From Trichoplax sp. H2 (Eukaryota): 64,000 bases of DNA. The number at the start of each line of letters is the position of its first letter. Position 1 is the first letter of the stretch. Shown in pieces: positions 14,301 to 27,724 of this stretch. Made by a program: the position numbers and the translations under genes. Below the pieces are notes generated by a model. That model saw nothing but the letters and a program-made list of their open reading frames with translations, was not told where the DNA came from and did not search any database. The stretch spans positions 558,001 through 622,000 of the forward strand of contig NOWV01000022.1 in assembly GCA_003344405.1 (NCBI GenBank), written 5' to 3'.

Positions 14301-14546
14301 CCATCTATCTTAGATACAGATTGCTAGGAGCTAACTTAGTCCTTTCTTATACTATCGTTTAATAAAATAGCGGCAATAACACCCCAGCAAATCCAAGATG
14401 AAGTTGCTTCTCGTGTTGCACCCCATAAAAAATTACGTGGAGGCATAGAAATTACAACATTCATCCCTAAGTTAGCAAGTGGTAAAATCTTACGACGTCA
14501 ATTAAAGGATAAATATAAAACCCAAGCTCTTTGCTGCAAGCTATAG
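8352..14546 (+). CDS. 4-coumarate-CoA ligase-like / luciferase-like peroxisomal acyl-CoA synthetase, paralog B (8 exons, 535 aa)
   Basis: Exons 8352-8459, 11572-11933, 12162-12486, 13067-13238, 13422-13528, 13796-14023, 14123-14252 and 14371-14546. Intron positions and phases match paralog A, and exons 1, 2, 4, 6 and 8 have identical lengths. Motifs: [50 protein letters not shown]-terminus is CKL (PTS1 variant). Confidence 0.92.
12511..13010 (+). repeat. Diverged direct repeat (about 210 bp unit, two copies plus a partial) in intron 3 of paralog B
   Basis: cattccatttagagcaata...taaatagcattaat...tagagtacaata occurs at about 12594-12797 and 12803-13010, with a partial copy from 12511. Confidence 0.8.
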
Positions 14547-15312
14547 ATTGTTCTCATCTATTGCGCCATATTACACCCTATGCTTGGAGAAATTAGAAAT
14601 CTTATATCCCTAATTAATGAAACTATCAACAAAGAAGCACATGATCGCTGTTTATTCATATGACTTTCAAGATTTGAGAATTTAAGGAGGGAGTTAGCAC
14701 TAGTAAGCCGGCTTGAATATGGCATTACCCGTTTTTATCAATTTATAATAATTTGCAGCACATCTTTGCAAATATACCTACGCAAATATATTCACTGTAG
14801 AACATATCAATCATAACAAATTTGCTAAGATTTTTAAATAATTTATCTTATTCGTGTCCTTAACACTTGACGATGACGATGGTAGATGAAAAGCAATGGA
14901 AGAAGTTTTTATAACCCAGATTACAACCAGATCTTCTCTTGAAGGTTTCATTTATCTACAAAGTCATTTTGGGCTACTTTAATAACAGGTAGTTATGACA
15001 AACTTCGTTATTATCTACTATTCGACATAGTTTACAGGTTACCCATTTTCCAATATGGACCTCGGTCATTGCTACGAAATATTATTGGAAGCTAAAGTCT
15101 TTTCTTGCAAGAAGTATAAAGCATCCAATTGGATATGCCACGAAAACTTTATTATGTACTATTGTTATAAAAATTAATGTCACCGATATCTATTAATCTT
15201 AAATGACAAATATAATCGCTATAGACAGTAATAACCAACCGATGTTGGCTATTCACTCAAACTTTCTAATATAAATTACTGTACTCGTATAAACTATTTT
15301 AACTATCCTTAC

Positions 15313-15720
15313 GATATCGTAGATGATTATAATTTCCTTTGATCATTATAGATACTAATTTTCGAGTAGATCTTTCTTGACTATCTACCTTATCTAATGT
15401 CAGCCGTAGATTATCTCAATTATCGTATCATAGATGATCTTAAACTCCTTTAATCATCATAGACACTAATCATGATAAATCGATTTTGACTATCTAGCTT
15501 ATTTAACGTAAACTATAACCTATCTCAACCATGGATTGTAGGGGATTACAAACTTCTTTAATATATTATTGTTATAGAAAAATGAATGCAGTCATTAATG
15601 ATAGATGCCAATAAAGACATCAATAAAAAGTAGATCTTAATTGTCTACCTTATCTAATGTAAATTATAGTCTATTTCAATCACTTTATAGATAGTGACTA
15701 GCTTCTTGAAATATGTTATC
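15313..15720 (+). repeat. Decayed tandem repeat, about 110 bp unit
   Basis: Recurring blocks tagatgat...tccttt..tcat.ataga.actaat and ttgactatcta.cttat.taa.gt (3-4 copies). Confidence 0.65.
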
Positions 15721-17529
15721 ATGATGGCACCAAATGCTCATTTTACTTGCTACTATTATAATTATTAGCGAATTATATTGCATACCATCCAGTCTCTGCT
15801 AAAACAAGTAGCAGAAATGTTTTCGTTACGATGATTACAGTTTAACTGGCTATAATAGTAAGAATAGCATTCGAAGACTTTAAAAAGTGCTATAAGTTAT
15901 TCACATCATCTTATCAGAAATTATTGCAAAAAATTAATTCTGGTCTATGCCGCACTTAAGATAGTAATTTTAACGATTTTCTCGCTGTTTCCCGGCTAAT
16001 ATGACAAAACAATTTTTATTCAGTCTTGCTTATTAAGCTAAAGGACAAACGTGAACAAGAAGGAACCTCAGTATAATTATAGCAAATAGAAATTAGGAAC
16101 GTTTATTATATAAAATTTGTTGCATTCTTATTGAGCTTCCCGGGTATATGAATATCGAATAATTTTTACTATTAATTATGTTACAGTAAGTGATTACGGT
16201 TGCACAGTTAATAAATTCGCTGTTTGCCATGTCATATCATAGTAAAATTTCCAATTCTAGAATTAGAAATTAGCAATAACGGCAAATAAATATCTGATAT
16301 AACAGTTAATAGATGCTGGATGATTAAATTTTAATAATTCTATTATGAAACGTAGGTTTCAAATAATCCGATCAGATTCTTTATATGTAAGAGTAAGATG
16401 TAAATAACATCACTTTCTAGTACAAATCTTGTTATTAACTTGCTATAAAACCTCCTAAACTGCTATCATTATGACTGCTATTGATATCTGGTTATCAACA
16501 TCATTAGTATCTATCGATCGCTTTAGTATGCAGTTTAATAAAAAGTAAGATTGTCATTTCACATGACATTTTCCATTTTATTAAGAAGCTCCTAGAGAAA
16601 GCAGTTAGTAAAATATCTGTCACTGCCAACTTTCAAATTCTTCTTCAAAACATACAATATAAGGTTATACGAAACTATTTCATGGCTTTAACGAACTATA
16701 ATATCATGATAGCGATAATTCTAAAAGAAATCAGCAGATACTATTGATCTATTACTGCTTCTATTTTGCGCTGGTAATTTAAATGAATTCAAATGGAAGT
16801 GAACATCTAAGTTAATCTACTGTATTTACTTTTTATTGAATTCAATATCCATTTAATGATCATATTACTGTTTTCAATTAAGATGCTACATCCGTGCTCC
16901 ATAAAATCCTATTGTTGATTGTTTAATAGCTTTTCATCTCAATTATTAAGTGACAGCTCTTTGTCCGTTTAAAGATATCGGCATGCATTTCTTATTTATT
17001 TTTGCACCGATGTCCAAAAACATCAAAAGCCGTTATATCGCCAAATAAGTTGAAGATATTACTGAAAATCAATGGCAAAGAAGTACTTATGTCAGTGATC
17101 TATCTTATCGCTAAAACATCATTAAAAAATTAATACAGATTATTGGGATGTCTTTATATCGTTATATGTTAAGAAATTGAAGTTATGACAACAGGCAACA
17201 TGGTGCGCATAATACTATTCCGGATATTACTACTCCAAAAATGTATATGGCAATAAAAACAAGAATTTTTCCGGCTAAAATTAATATTGAATTATTGCAA
17301 TACCGGTATACCATAGTTTGTTGGCAAAAGCGATGTTACAGCCTTGATCGGATATTTTATCAGTAAAGTTGTAGTGTACTTGAAGTTTATTTTTATACAA
17401 TGAAAGGAAATTTGTTTACAATCTATTATAGGTAAGAAAATTTATTTCTTTTCTTCTTGATCTACTCTACTATTTGCTATTTAATCGGATGCTTATTGGT
17501 AAATAGCCTACTGTCAAAATACTAAACGT

Positions 17530-17712
17530 TACAATTTATATGAAGGAATATCGTATTGTGCCTTTAATTTCAAATATTTAATAATATGCTATATATTAAA
17601 ATTTTTACAAAGGAATGTCGTATTTTATCTTCAATTTTCAAATATTTAATATACTACACATTAGAATTCATATAAAGGAATATCGATTTCTACTTTCAAT
17701 TTTCGAATGTTT
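17530..17712 (+). repeat. Decayed tandem repeat, about 66 bp unit x3
   Basis: aaggaat.tcg.att...ttc/taattt(t)c.aat.ttt recurs near 17543, 17610 and 17675. Confidence 0.7.
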
Positions 17713-17719
17713 TAATTAA

Positions 17720-17875
17720 CAAGTCCAGTTCAGCAGATATTGTTGTCATGAAAATGTATGCTCTTCAATTATAAAGATCAACATAGCTGATGAAAAGACG
17801 CAGCAATTATCCAATTTTAATCAATGTGACCAATATTTGAAAAAGATTACTTGCAATTCTTTGTAAGACGTTGTT
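17720..17875 (+). pseudogene. Possible decayed fragment of a third CRD-like paralog
   Basis: The frame reads ...SRYCCHENV...QQLSNFNQCDQYLKKITCNSL*, then RC after a 1-nt shift. Compare QRYC...ISNDCATILKQVICKSVYPRC and LSNSCKNAIKKVLC in the two intact paralogs. The match is short and could be chance. Confidence 0.3.
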
Positions 17876-19269
17876 ACTACTTAAAATATATAATTATATT
17901 TGCCTTGACCTCGTGAAAAATAGTACTTTATTGTTATATAGCGGAGCTATTCACCTAAGTGCTCAGTCTGACTTGAACTTTGAGGTTAAATAATTTTTGT
18001 ATCAATAATTTACAATAAGTGAATATTACTCTAAATCCGGCAGAATAAAAAATATACCGATAGTTTTTAGTTCAAGTTGGATATACAGAATTGATCATAG
18101 TTTACTACTCATAATCAAGGTTTAAAAATATACAATTGGAAATAATTGCTAAAATCATAAAATTCACACGATCAAAATTTAGTTACCAGTTCTGAAGCTA
18201 GATCAATCATCTATTATATAAGTATTATATCAGAAAGCTAATAAAACCTGTTAAAAAATAATGCTGTTTTTACTATAAAAACACAATAAAAAGAATATTA
18301 TCTAACTCAGCTATATTATTACTAATATAGCACAATAAGTTATAAATATCGAAACAATAATTGGTTAGTAACTTAAACTTACCTATCAATCAATTTAAGA
18401 CCTCATTAATTCATATTGTGATACTAAAATACTGTTATAATGTAATTTTCTTGCATTATAATAATTAATAAGTGCACTAAATAAATATTATCTTGACGCT
18501 GACTTGGCCAAGTGGATATTTTTACAGCTCAATATACACTTCTTTTTGTCATATTTGTAGTGCAATTCTAATTACTAATAATACGTTCGTCATCAGGAGG
18601 CTATAATTATTCTATACTCCTGTAGACAAAAGATCTAGGCAAACAACGCTACTAAACTATATCAATACCAATGAGTTTGGCTAAAATAACATTACAAAAT
18701 TGTACAGTTATCCATGCATGTACATATATAAGTCATAGATAAGCTTGCTATCACTAAATATCAAAGGCACTTATTAGACAAAAAAAGTTTTAATGTTACT
18801 AAACAAAATTCCTTCCACGCTAATCTTATCTTTTACTGATAAATTCGGCTAAGATAACATCACAAAATTAAACAATTATCTATTCAAGCATATATAAAAT
18901 ATACGTAAGATCTCTCACACTAACTATTAAGTCAATTTATTGATAAAAATAGTATTACACTTACCAAACAAAAATCCTTCCATGCTTAGCTTATTTATAA
19001 TAAATGTGTAATAAAAGGTACCGTTAAAGTTAGAAAGATGGATAGAATTTATAATGATAACATGTAAGGATAAATAATTTCAAAGAGAATACAAATATAC
19101 GTAAATTAATTATAATTATTGATGATTGATAGATACAGTAGTTGAGCCTAATAAGGTAATATCATCCTAATTAAATGTTATGTTATAAGCATTTTCCTGT
19201 CAGCAAAATTAGTGCTTATTTTATCTAGGGAATAAATTCGCAAAAATAAATAAAAATAGAATTTCCATC

Positions 19270-22200
19270 ATGGGTTATTCTTTCATCGTTTTTCTCCTGT
19301 TTTTACAATCTTGCTATGGATATGAAGAACAATCAAACAAGGTAGATAAACAGCTAGAGAATGAATGTTTCTATCGCGTATTAGCAGCATAATTTATAAT
19401 ATAATATTGGACAGAGTAAAATGAAATAGATGAAAATCTGATCATGATATGACCATATCACAGACAAAGTTAATCTTTTAGTTATTGTAGGTTAAAAAAT
19501 CGTTCATAATTCTCAAATAGATGTACTTACATCTGTGTTACAAGTTACATTTAACCACTATCTAAAGCATTCTCAGATTCTCAAAATTTAGCTGTAGTAA
19601 CAAATCAAACTAAGTTGATTAGAAACTACGGTATAAAATTTTTGAAACCTTTATTCATTCCTATAAACCCAAATTATTCAAGTAGTTCGACTTTTATATC
19701 TATTTCCTGATAGCATAGATATTTTAATTTCAATCCCAATTTGAAGCTATACTTTAGAATTATTTTACGAAGAAACTGGATAAACGGAATTCATCATTTG
19801 AGCATTTACTAGTATCAATTCAACAATAGAAATCATATTTTGATGAAGCATATATCATTCATTATGCTTATAGAAAGGAAAGGATACTAGCAAGGATAAG
19901 ATAAGCGCGTAATTTTGTAAAGTAACGATGATAAACATATCAATATGATGATGAAAAAATACTTTCCATCTTACATTAAAGTAGAGAGATTGAAAGCTTC
20001 TGCATAGAAATTGTCAGTTACCGTATATAGTATTTGGCACTCGTAAGCCAGTTAACAAAATTATCCATTGAATAAATTGATTTAAAAATAATTAATTGAT
20101 TTTGATAAGATAGGAGTAAAAAGTGGTATCATTTAGAGAGTTATACTATATTATCATAATAGAAGATGAAAAGGCTCATGTAGCAACTATTAGACGACCC
20201 AGAGCGAGTAAGAAATTATCCTATAAGGACATTTATTGCTTTTAATAGCCAGATATCGATTAACATCTAGCGTAGAAACTGATATCACTTAGGGAACCAT
20301 GCTATACTATAATTATACAAGATGAAAAAGTCTCACGTAGTTGTTAGATGACCCAAGCGACTGATAAAATTATCTTATAATGACATTTATTTTTTTAATA
20401 GCGTGATATCAATTTGCTTCTACTGTATTATGTACAGTATATACTAATTTACACGGCAGAATAGATTACATTAAAGAAAGGAATAAATCAGTATGGCCAG
20501 ATTCAATAATGTTATTTAAAGTTATAAAAATTATTCAATCCATAAGTCGATAATGAGACAATTCCATACTCTATTTATTAAAAAGAATGAAAGTTATTTC
20601 CTTTTTCGTCAACACCGTATAATATTTCTATCAAGTCCATTCCATTTTGATTGACGGTTTTATTATTTTTCATGTGAAGGCAACTTATGACTTTAACCTA
20701 TAATTTTTTGTTTTTCTCTAATAAGTTACGTCTGTAATAGTTTGATTAAAGGTATTAATGCTTCTAATCGAGCCCAAGCATATAATCTCCTTTAACCTAA
20801 AATTTTTAATGCCGTTAAGATCTACATCAATTTAATTAGTATATGAATTAATAATTTTGAAAGTAAAAAGCCTATAAAAATCTTCAAATATATTGCCTTC
20901 ATATCATCATTTTACGGAATAATATAATTCATGTTTAAGTGTCTCCTTGTCATCGATTTTTCTATACTGTCTTATTCCTAATTTGTATTAATTACAAAGT
21001 TCGGATATTCTAAGGGATACTGACGATTCTAATGGTAATAAAATTATTTCTATAATTCTGTTCTTAGATAAAAACAAAGTTAGCTAGCAGTATAACTACG
21101 CAAGCCTACTACGATAGTAATATCCATTCCTGTAGGCGGCTCGATCCAGTTGGACAGCGATATTGTGGACAATATTATATCTCACCAGCTGTAGCCATCA
21201 GTACTCAAGTTAAATTATTTCAAACCTACGTGCAAACATTTAACAATTTTCGATCGTTAATATCGAATGATTGTGCTACTATTTTAAAACAGGTTATCTG
21301 TAAAAGTGTTTATCCACGATGCACATCAGATATGACTCAAGTAATATGGTTTAATTTCACATCGGATTGCTCTAAACTATCTACAGCATGCGCTTATACG
21401 CCAGCAATGGCATTTATGTCGCTATGCGGTACTAACGTTCATTCTCATACATATAGCTTGTTGGATTGTACAAAACCATCTGACATGTATCATTGGCCTA
21501 AATATTGTCCTCCACTACCTACTCAGATTCGATTTCCACAATGGATGTTACCATTATTGAGTTCGCGTCGTACTACTGCCATAGCAGTTAAAAGCAATTT
21601 AATACAAACTCATGGGTTATATCATCAGTGCCTTGATCAAGCTACGACTATCATTTGTCAATCGATACCATTTTGCTCTTCAGATGGGAAAAGATTACTT
21701 AGTGGTACAACAAAACAAGATTGTATATCGAAAACTTCCTGGTAAGTTTATGTGTGATGAATGAATAACGAGAAATTATCCTATGTAAATATTAGACTAA
21801 GTTTATTATAATGACAGAGACTTACCTGCTACATGGTTTTGGAAAATGTTGTTTCTTATCTCTATAGCACTATTTACTTCCTAATTTTGAAGTCATCTAC
21901 TGTAATTCTGTTTACAATAGGTAGTTGAATATGTAATTTCTAAATTTTAAGTACTTCTAGGACTTACAAGTACAGTCATTCCTAGTTAAATTCACTCATA
22001 CTAATTAGATTATCAGTGAAATGATGTTGAATACGTTTTGATTACGTATAGGTTCAATACTTTATGTAGGACTATTATTTATTGTAATATCTAATTATGT
22101 GTAAGCTATATCATTCAGAATATTAATGATATTCGTACACATAAGATTAAATGGTTATACCTAATTTTAATATCATATTATCTGCGTTATCGCTGACTTT

Positions 22201-22919
22201 GTTCCCATTTATTATCAATTTACGATCCTAATTCTTTACTCAGGATAATAAATGCTACATGCAGTATACTGTCATTTTGGTACTTTATCCGCCATACAAT
22301 TATCACTAATTCTTATTCGTAATTATCAGTGCATCCTAGATATTTTCGTAGACTAAGGGATACCCATATATAACATAACGTATTCGTAGTTGCATACAAT
22401 ATTGGTCATAAAGAAATAATTCCGTAGTGTCTACCATTGATCAAAAAGCCCAGTGTAATTAATCTTCGGTATTATAAATAATACCTTCATTATTGACAAC
22501 GTTCAACACCTGCAATATTTGATAGTATTTACTGTACATATACTTCATGCGATAATATGCAAAATTAAACATCTAAAGAGGGGTAAACGTTTTGTCGTCG
22601 CTAATGGTCAGACTAAAATTAAAACTATAATTCTTTTTATAGTCTGACAGGTATTGCGAAATTACTAGTCAACGCAACACTTGATTGTGGATCATTTCCA
22701 GACTCTGAGGCAAAACAAGAATTGATTGAATCTGATCAAGGCTATGGTGATTCCACTACATTTATTCTACCAGAAACAACTACAAAAATTGTTTCTAGTA
22801 TCGGTACTACCGTTGACTCAAGTCAAAAGAATATTAATGCTGCGCAGTCTTTTCTCGTTACGTCAGTTAACAGTCTAGTCGTTTTAATTAGTATGACTAT
22901 TATAATGATTTTACACTAA
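19270..22919 (+). CDS. Secreted, probably GPI-anchored protein with two tandem Frizzled-type cysteine-rich domains, paralog 1 (3 exons, 340 aa)
   Basis: Exons 19270-19341 (signal peptide MGYSFIVFLLFLQSCYG-YEEQSNK), 21068-21741 and 22643-22919 join in frame. Two repeats of 8 Cys carry C-x8-C-x3/4-P-x-C cores (CATILKQVICKSVYPRC, CLDQATTIICQSIPFC) and end in CGSFP. A Ser/Thr stalk, an NAA candidate omega site and a hydrophobic tail with no cytoplasmic domain follow. Confidence 0.85.
20146..20410 (+). repeat. Diverged direct repeat, about 155 bp period, intron 1 of CRD paralog 1
   Basis: aagatgaaaa..ctca.gtag...ttaga.gaccca..gcga...aaattatc.tataa.gacatttatt..tttaatagc..gatatc is present twice. 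Confidence 0.75.
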
Positions 22920-23847
22920 GATTGAAACACCAATAGCTACCTTAGGGAAGGATAAAAATAATAAAAATACTCAAGGTCTACTATCATCATCAATATAAGC
23001 ATTGATAAGACGCGCATTATTATAGTTATTAATTATTTAAATAAACAGTGTTTTAGTATCGGCAATAATCGAAGGTGGTATACTGTCAAAAAATCTGAAT
23101 TTAGTAACTACTTATCTTAGTATTAGTAATGTTATGTGACGCTTTTAAAATAAATAATTTGCTATTGCATAACATGGTAATCATTATAGTGAGAAGGATC
23201 GTATAATTATAATTGTATGCTGTATTATCTAAATAAATTTATTAAGATTAATAAACTTTTACACGTATGTATGAACATTGTATTATCAGTATGTATTCAC
23301 AGATTTAGATTAAAACATTAAATTTAAATATAACAATTTTGGGCTATGGTATAGTAAATTTTAAGTGGAAATTAACAATCCTCAAAGGAGATAATTGGTT
23401 CTTAGCTGCCCACTGAGCGCCATCTTTTCATGTGAATCAGAGGTTTTGTTTCGGTTTTTCAAATGGCCGACATCCCTTCTATATATATTTTAATTTTTAA
23501 AGAAGAAGATATTAACACAGGATTGCATCACGAACATTGTCTATATCTTACGTGAGAGACGAAAATCACCATACTATAATTGTATAAACACCACATATCT
23601 TAATAGTATGAAAATTTCTTGATATGTTATTATTTCTTCATTTAAGAATGTTAGTAGACGTTACAAATTTCTTAATGTATCAATTTAGGCATTGACTATG
23701 AGTTAATACTAATATATGTTGTTCTATCAATCAATCAATGAAATGTGGCTATAAACTCTCCATGCTATCAAAATAGTACTAATATACTTAAGTAGATCTA
23801 ATGTGTATTAAGTTGAACTATTAATAACCCCTAAATATACATACTTA

Positions 23848-26800
23848 TTAACTGTTTTCAATGGCAAAAAAACTATCTAGTAGCTGACTAGCAGTTTTTC
23901 TTAATGATTCATCATCTCGGTATAAGAGTAAATCTAACTCCTCTTGTATATTCAATTGATTCAGTATGCGCTTGCCCTTTAATTTCGGTAAGAGATAGGA
24001 TCGTTATCAAAAGCTATGTATTGCCTACTGTATTAATAAGGACAATATGAACAGTACTTACATCGGGAATCGTCGCTATCGTAATCTGAATGATATCTAA
24101 GAACACTAATGCTTTATCCACATCTGCAGATTTTAAGTTAGCCGTAACAGCTAAAAGGTAAAATTAGTTTTATTAATAAGACAAAAAAATAAATTGGATA
24201 ATTAAAAATTTGAAAGATACTAAAGTACGTAGCTATGCCGACCCCGAGCTAATTCTTGTGTATTCTTACCTTGCAAAGCGTTCAAACGGGCAAGATGCTG
24301 GATACAATCTGAGCCAAGACTAGCATAATTTCTTAAAGCCATAGCTGCCTAACATTAGCGAGTATTTTGTTAACTTAGTCCTACGCAATCTCTTTATCAA
24401 CAGACTATCATGAAATGTCAAATTAAGTCTACTTCTATTCCAATTTCATTGGCCCAAGAAAGTCGTTTAATAGCTTCCTTAATCAGCTCAATCCCACTCT
24501 CATTTATAACCGTTAAATTCACTTGAGATCCACCTATTCATATAATAATAAAGTATTCAACCCTGTTGTAGCTATATTCAAATTATAGCTTCTTAATTGC
24601 TGATATAATACGCCAAATACATACTTACATAATAGATTTGAAAATAACCAAAAAATTTCCTTAACCACGTGACTTGATAAAAATATTAAAATAAGATCAT
24701 TTTATTCATGAAATACCAATAAATTCGTACTCAGATGATATCCCCAGTTTTTTTGCCGAAGCCACCGTTAGTATAAAATAATTTATGCACCTATGAGTAT
24801 TATGGTTAATCCAGTATATTAAATCATCTAAAATTCTTGGTTCTTCCAAAATTAAGGCATTAAATTCATCTAATCCACCCGCAAGATTTCCAATAATTCT
24901 AATAGCTGGTGTTAGAATCTGAAATATAAAAATATTGACCTTCACAATTAATGTCCATAGACAAAGTTAAAGTAAGAATTCTAACATAATTAATATAACA
25001 TAGACCTACTTTAATTTGGTAATTTCGTGATTCCGTTAAAAAGCGAATGACTTTTGTTACTAGCTTTACAATATTAGTCGATAATAAGACACTGTCATAT
25101 CCGTTCCTACAATAATTAAAATAGAAGTAAATTTTATTGAAGGAACTAGCGTTTGTATTGCATGAAAAATAGCTCACTTGGCAGTAATATGATGCAGTAG
25201 ATGTAATATATCAGGCAAAATCGTAAAAGATATCTTATCTTCCTTATCAAATTGAAGGTGGTTCGTCAAGTACTTCAAGACGTTACAATCTATCATTTCT
25301 CTATAAGATTTATAAAGATATACAATACATTAACTACATAAACACTATAAGTTGTATAGCCGACTTTACCTCTACTGACAACATATATATAATAGGAACT
25401 AATAAAAGTAATAATATAAATTTTAATATAGACGTACTTGAGGTTAATATCATCTTCCCTGGTGAAATTGGAGAGTGCAAATGCAGCAGATTGTATAACA
25501 TTTTCAGATGTTGCCTAAGAATGTTATTGAATGGATGGAATAAAAACTTCAAGTCTACAGTATACTTTTAATCGAAATTCGTTGCTAAATCCTATCTGCT
25601 CTATGTTAAATAAAAGTCAAAAATTTACGTTTAATAGTGATACTAGAGGTTTGGTGACACCCTGTTTGACTAATAATTTCCGAGATTTTTTACCATCCCC
25701 AGCCATGTTCCCAATAGCCCAAGCACATTGATCCTAAGATAATGAGACGGTAGACTAAGGTATGAATAACTAAAGCATACAGCACTATAGAAAAATTTAT
25801 ACATTAGGATTTAAAGTAATAAATAATTATATAATTAATAAATCTATAGGATGTGTATAATACGTGAAATGATAGTTATCTCCATAATTACAGTGCATAG
25901 TAAAAAATACCTGCATCGCCAAATTTTGTCCAGACAGGTAAGTAATACAATATGGGGCAGCCAGACGCGTTACTTGTAGCGTTTGTTTATGATTTCCTGT
26001 ACAAATATTGGTAATGCACCAAGCAGCATGCTCCTGCAAATCTGAATCACTCTGGGTTAAGATACCGATTAGTGATTGTAGAGCATTGTCGACACTACAG
26101 ACGGATAGGAAATAAAATTCACGATTAAACCTGAAGTTAATGCGATAGAATATCAATATATGTCGTGTATATAGTGAGAGATGAATTATAAAATTGTAAT
26201 TTACTGCCTTCCTTCACAGGCAATTTAATAGTAGTGTCTGCTTATGTTAGAACTAGTTACCCTAGAAATGTTGAGATTAAGGCCTCATCTTGAGTAAAAG
26301 CTCTGCATAAATTCTTCAGTATATCCATTCTGGAATTATTATGCTTTAGCAATCCTCGAGCCAGGGTCTGTACCTTTAAGAGATACGTACATACTGGTAT
26401 TAAGCAAAGACACTACAGATTAATTAGTAAAACATTCCTAAATTTATTCTAGAGCTTAATTCTACGTTGCGAATCTACCATTTTACTGACTGGATCCAAT
26501 AATCTGTATGCAACTTACATGATTGCTATCATAGTACTGTTCATCCTGGACGTTATCGTTAAAATATCGAGGTCTTTTTGATGAAATTAATTGATCTCGT
26601 TGTCGGCGTATAAAATCTACCAAGAATAAATTGGAGGAAATTATCAGCTGGAAGGATTCGACATCATCCTTCAAGATACTGATAGAAAATATTAATCTAC
26701 CTTACACATCTTTTACTAGATACTGGATTATTTAAATCATGGAACTTGTCATGTTTAAGAGAAATAAGTAAGAAATAGGGTAGGATAACTGATTTTATTT

Positions 26801-26897
26801 TCAATTTACCTTGTTGTTGTTTGCGACGATCATTTCGACGATCTTCAATTTGACCACTAGCATGCTTATACAAATGACTATGATCTAGACTAGCCAT
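23848..26897 (-). CDS. TMCO6: TMCO6-like importin-alpha-related ARM-repeat protein (about 14 exons)
   Basis: The spliced model starts MASLDHSHLYKHASGQIEDRRNDRRKQQQDFIRRQRDQLISSKR (IBB-like). ARM repeats follow: LQSLIGILTQSDSDLQEHAAWCITNI, YCITYLSGQNLAMQDQCAWAIGNMAGD, VIQSAAFALSN, PAIRIIGNL, VKEIFWLFSNL. It ends FFAIENS*. The overall pattern fits TMCO6 better than canonical importin alpha. Confidence 0.8.
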
Positions 26898-27724
26898 AAT
26901 TTGTACCAAAATATGATTCAGTAGTACTTTTCCTCCACAAGCTAGTAACTTTTAGCTAAATGAATGAATATGCTGACAATATCACTGAAAAAATAAAATC
27001 GATCCAAACGATCTTGTAGATTATACAGCTTTGTACGCTAACACCAGCTGATGAATCCTAACGTAACCAATTTTTTGGATAACTTTATGACGAAATGAAG
27101 TAATAACAGGCAAAATTTTGAGTTTAATGAGTGGTAAAACTATTTCAAGTTAATAAAATGAGGTAAAATAGCCAAATAGAAGCGAATTCGATATGAAATT
27201 ACTCCATCATCACGGAATATTTTGCATGGTTGCAGCTGAGCAAGGTAGAGGTGCTTGCCTGCAGCGAGCTGTCTAGCCTGGATATGGAGAGCAAAGTAAA
27301 TTTTAGGATAGTGTCCAATACAATCGTCTTTTATACAGTATTTAGACTAAGCTAAGTTGTCAAGCAGCGAAATCGCGACCAAGCATTGCTTTTTACTGAG
27401 CTGATAAATCAATTTCAACCTAATCTAATATAGTACAGTATGAACATTGTACTAATGTTTAGAACATTATATAACCTAAAGGATACAAGAAGTCATATTA
27501 AATAAGGATTATCGAGGGGTAGTATAACAAAATAATTTTTGCAATCTAAGGCTTTGTATAGGAGTATAAAACTGTTGTCTTAGTAATATGAAAATTAATC
27601 TGCTTGGAATTATAAAATATCTCATTCAGAGGATTTTGCAGATTTTTTTCTAGTTTTCTGTCCAGTCTAATCATCAGACAAGAATAATTAGCTAAAAGAT
27701 AGTTCCAAAATTGCAGTATGCAAT

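Noticed and set aside
1825..14546. True luciferases or horizontally acquired plant 4CL
   Set aside because: The shared motifs are general to the ANL family, 4CL-like enzymes are widespread in invertebrates, and the genes have ordinary host-like introns.
16950..17440. Fragments resembling TIR (WDVFIS) or retropepsin (KINGKEV) motifs
   Set aside because: The matches are a few residues long, in different frames, and broken by stops. I could build no coherent model.
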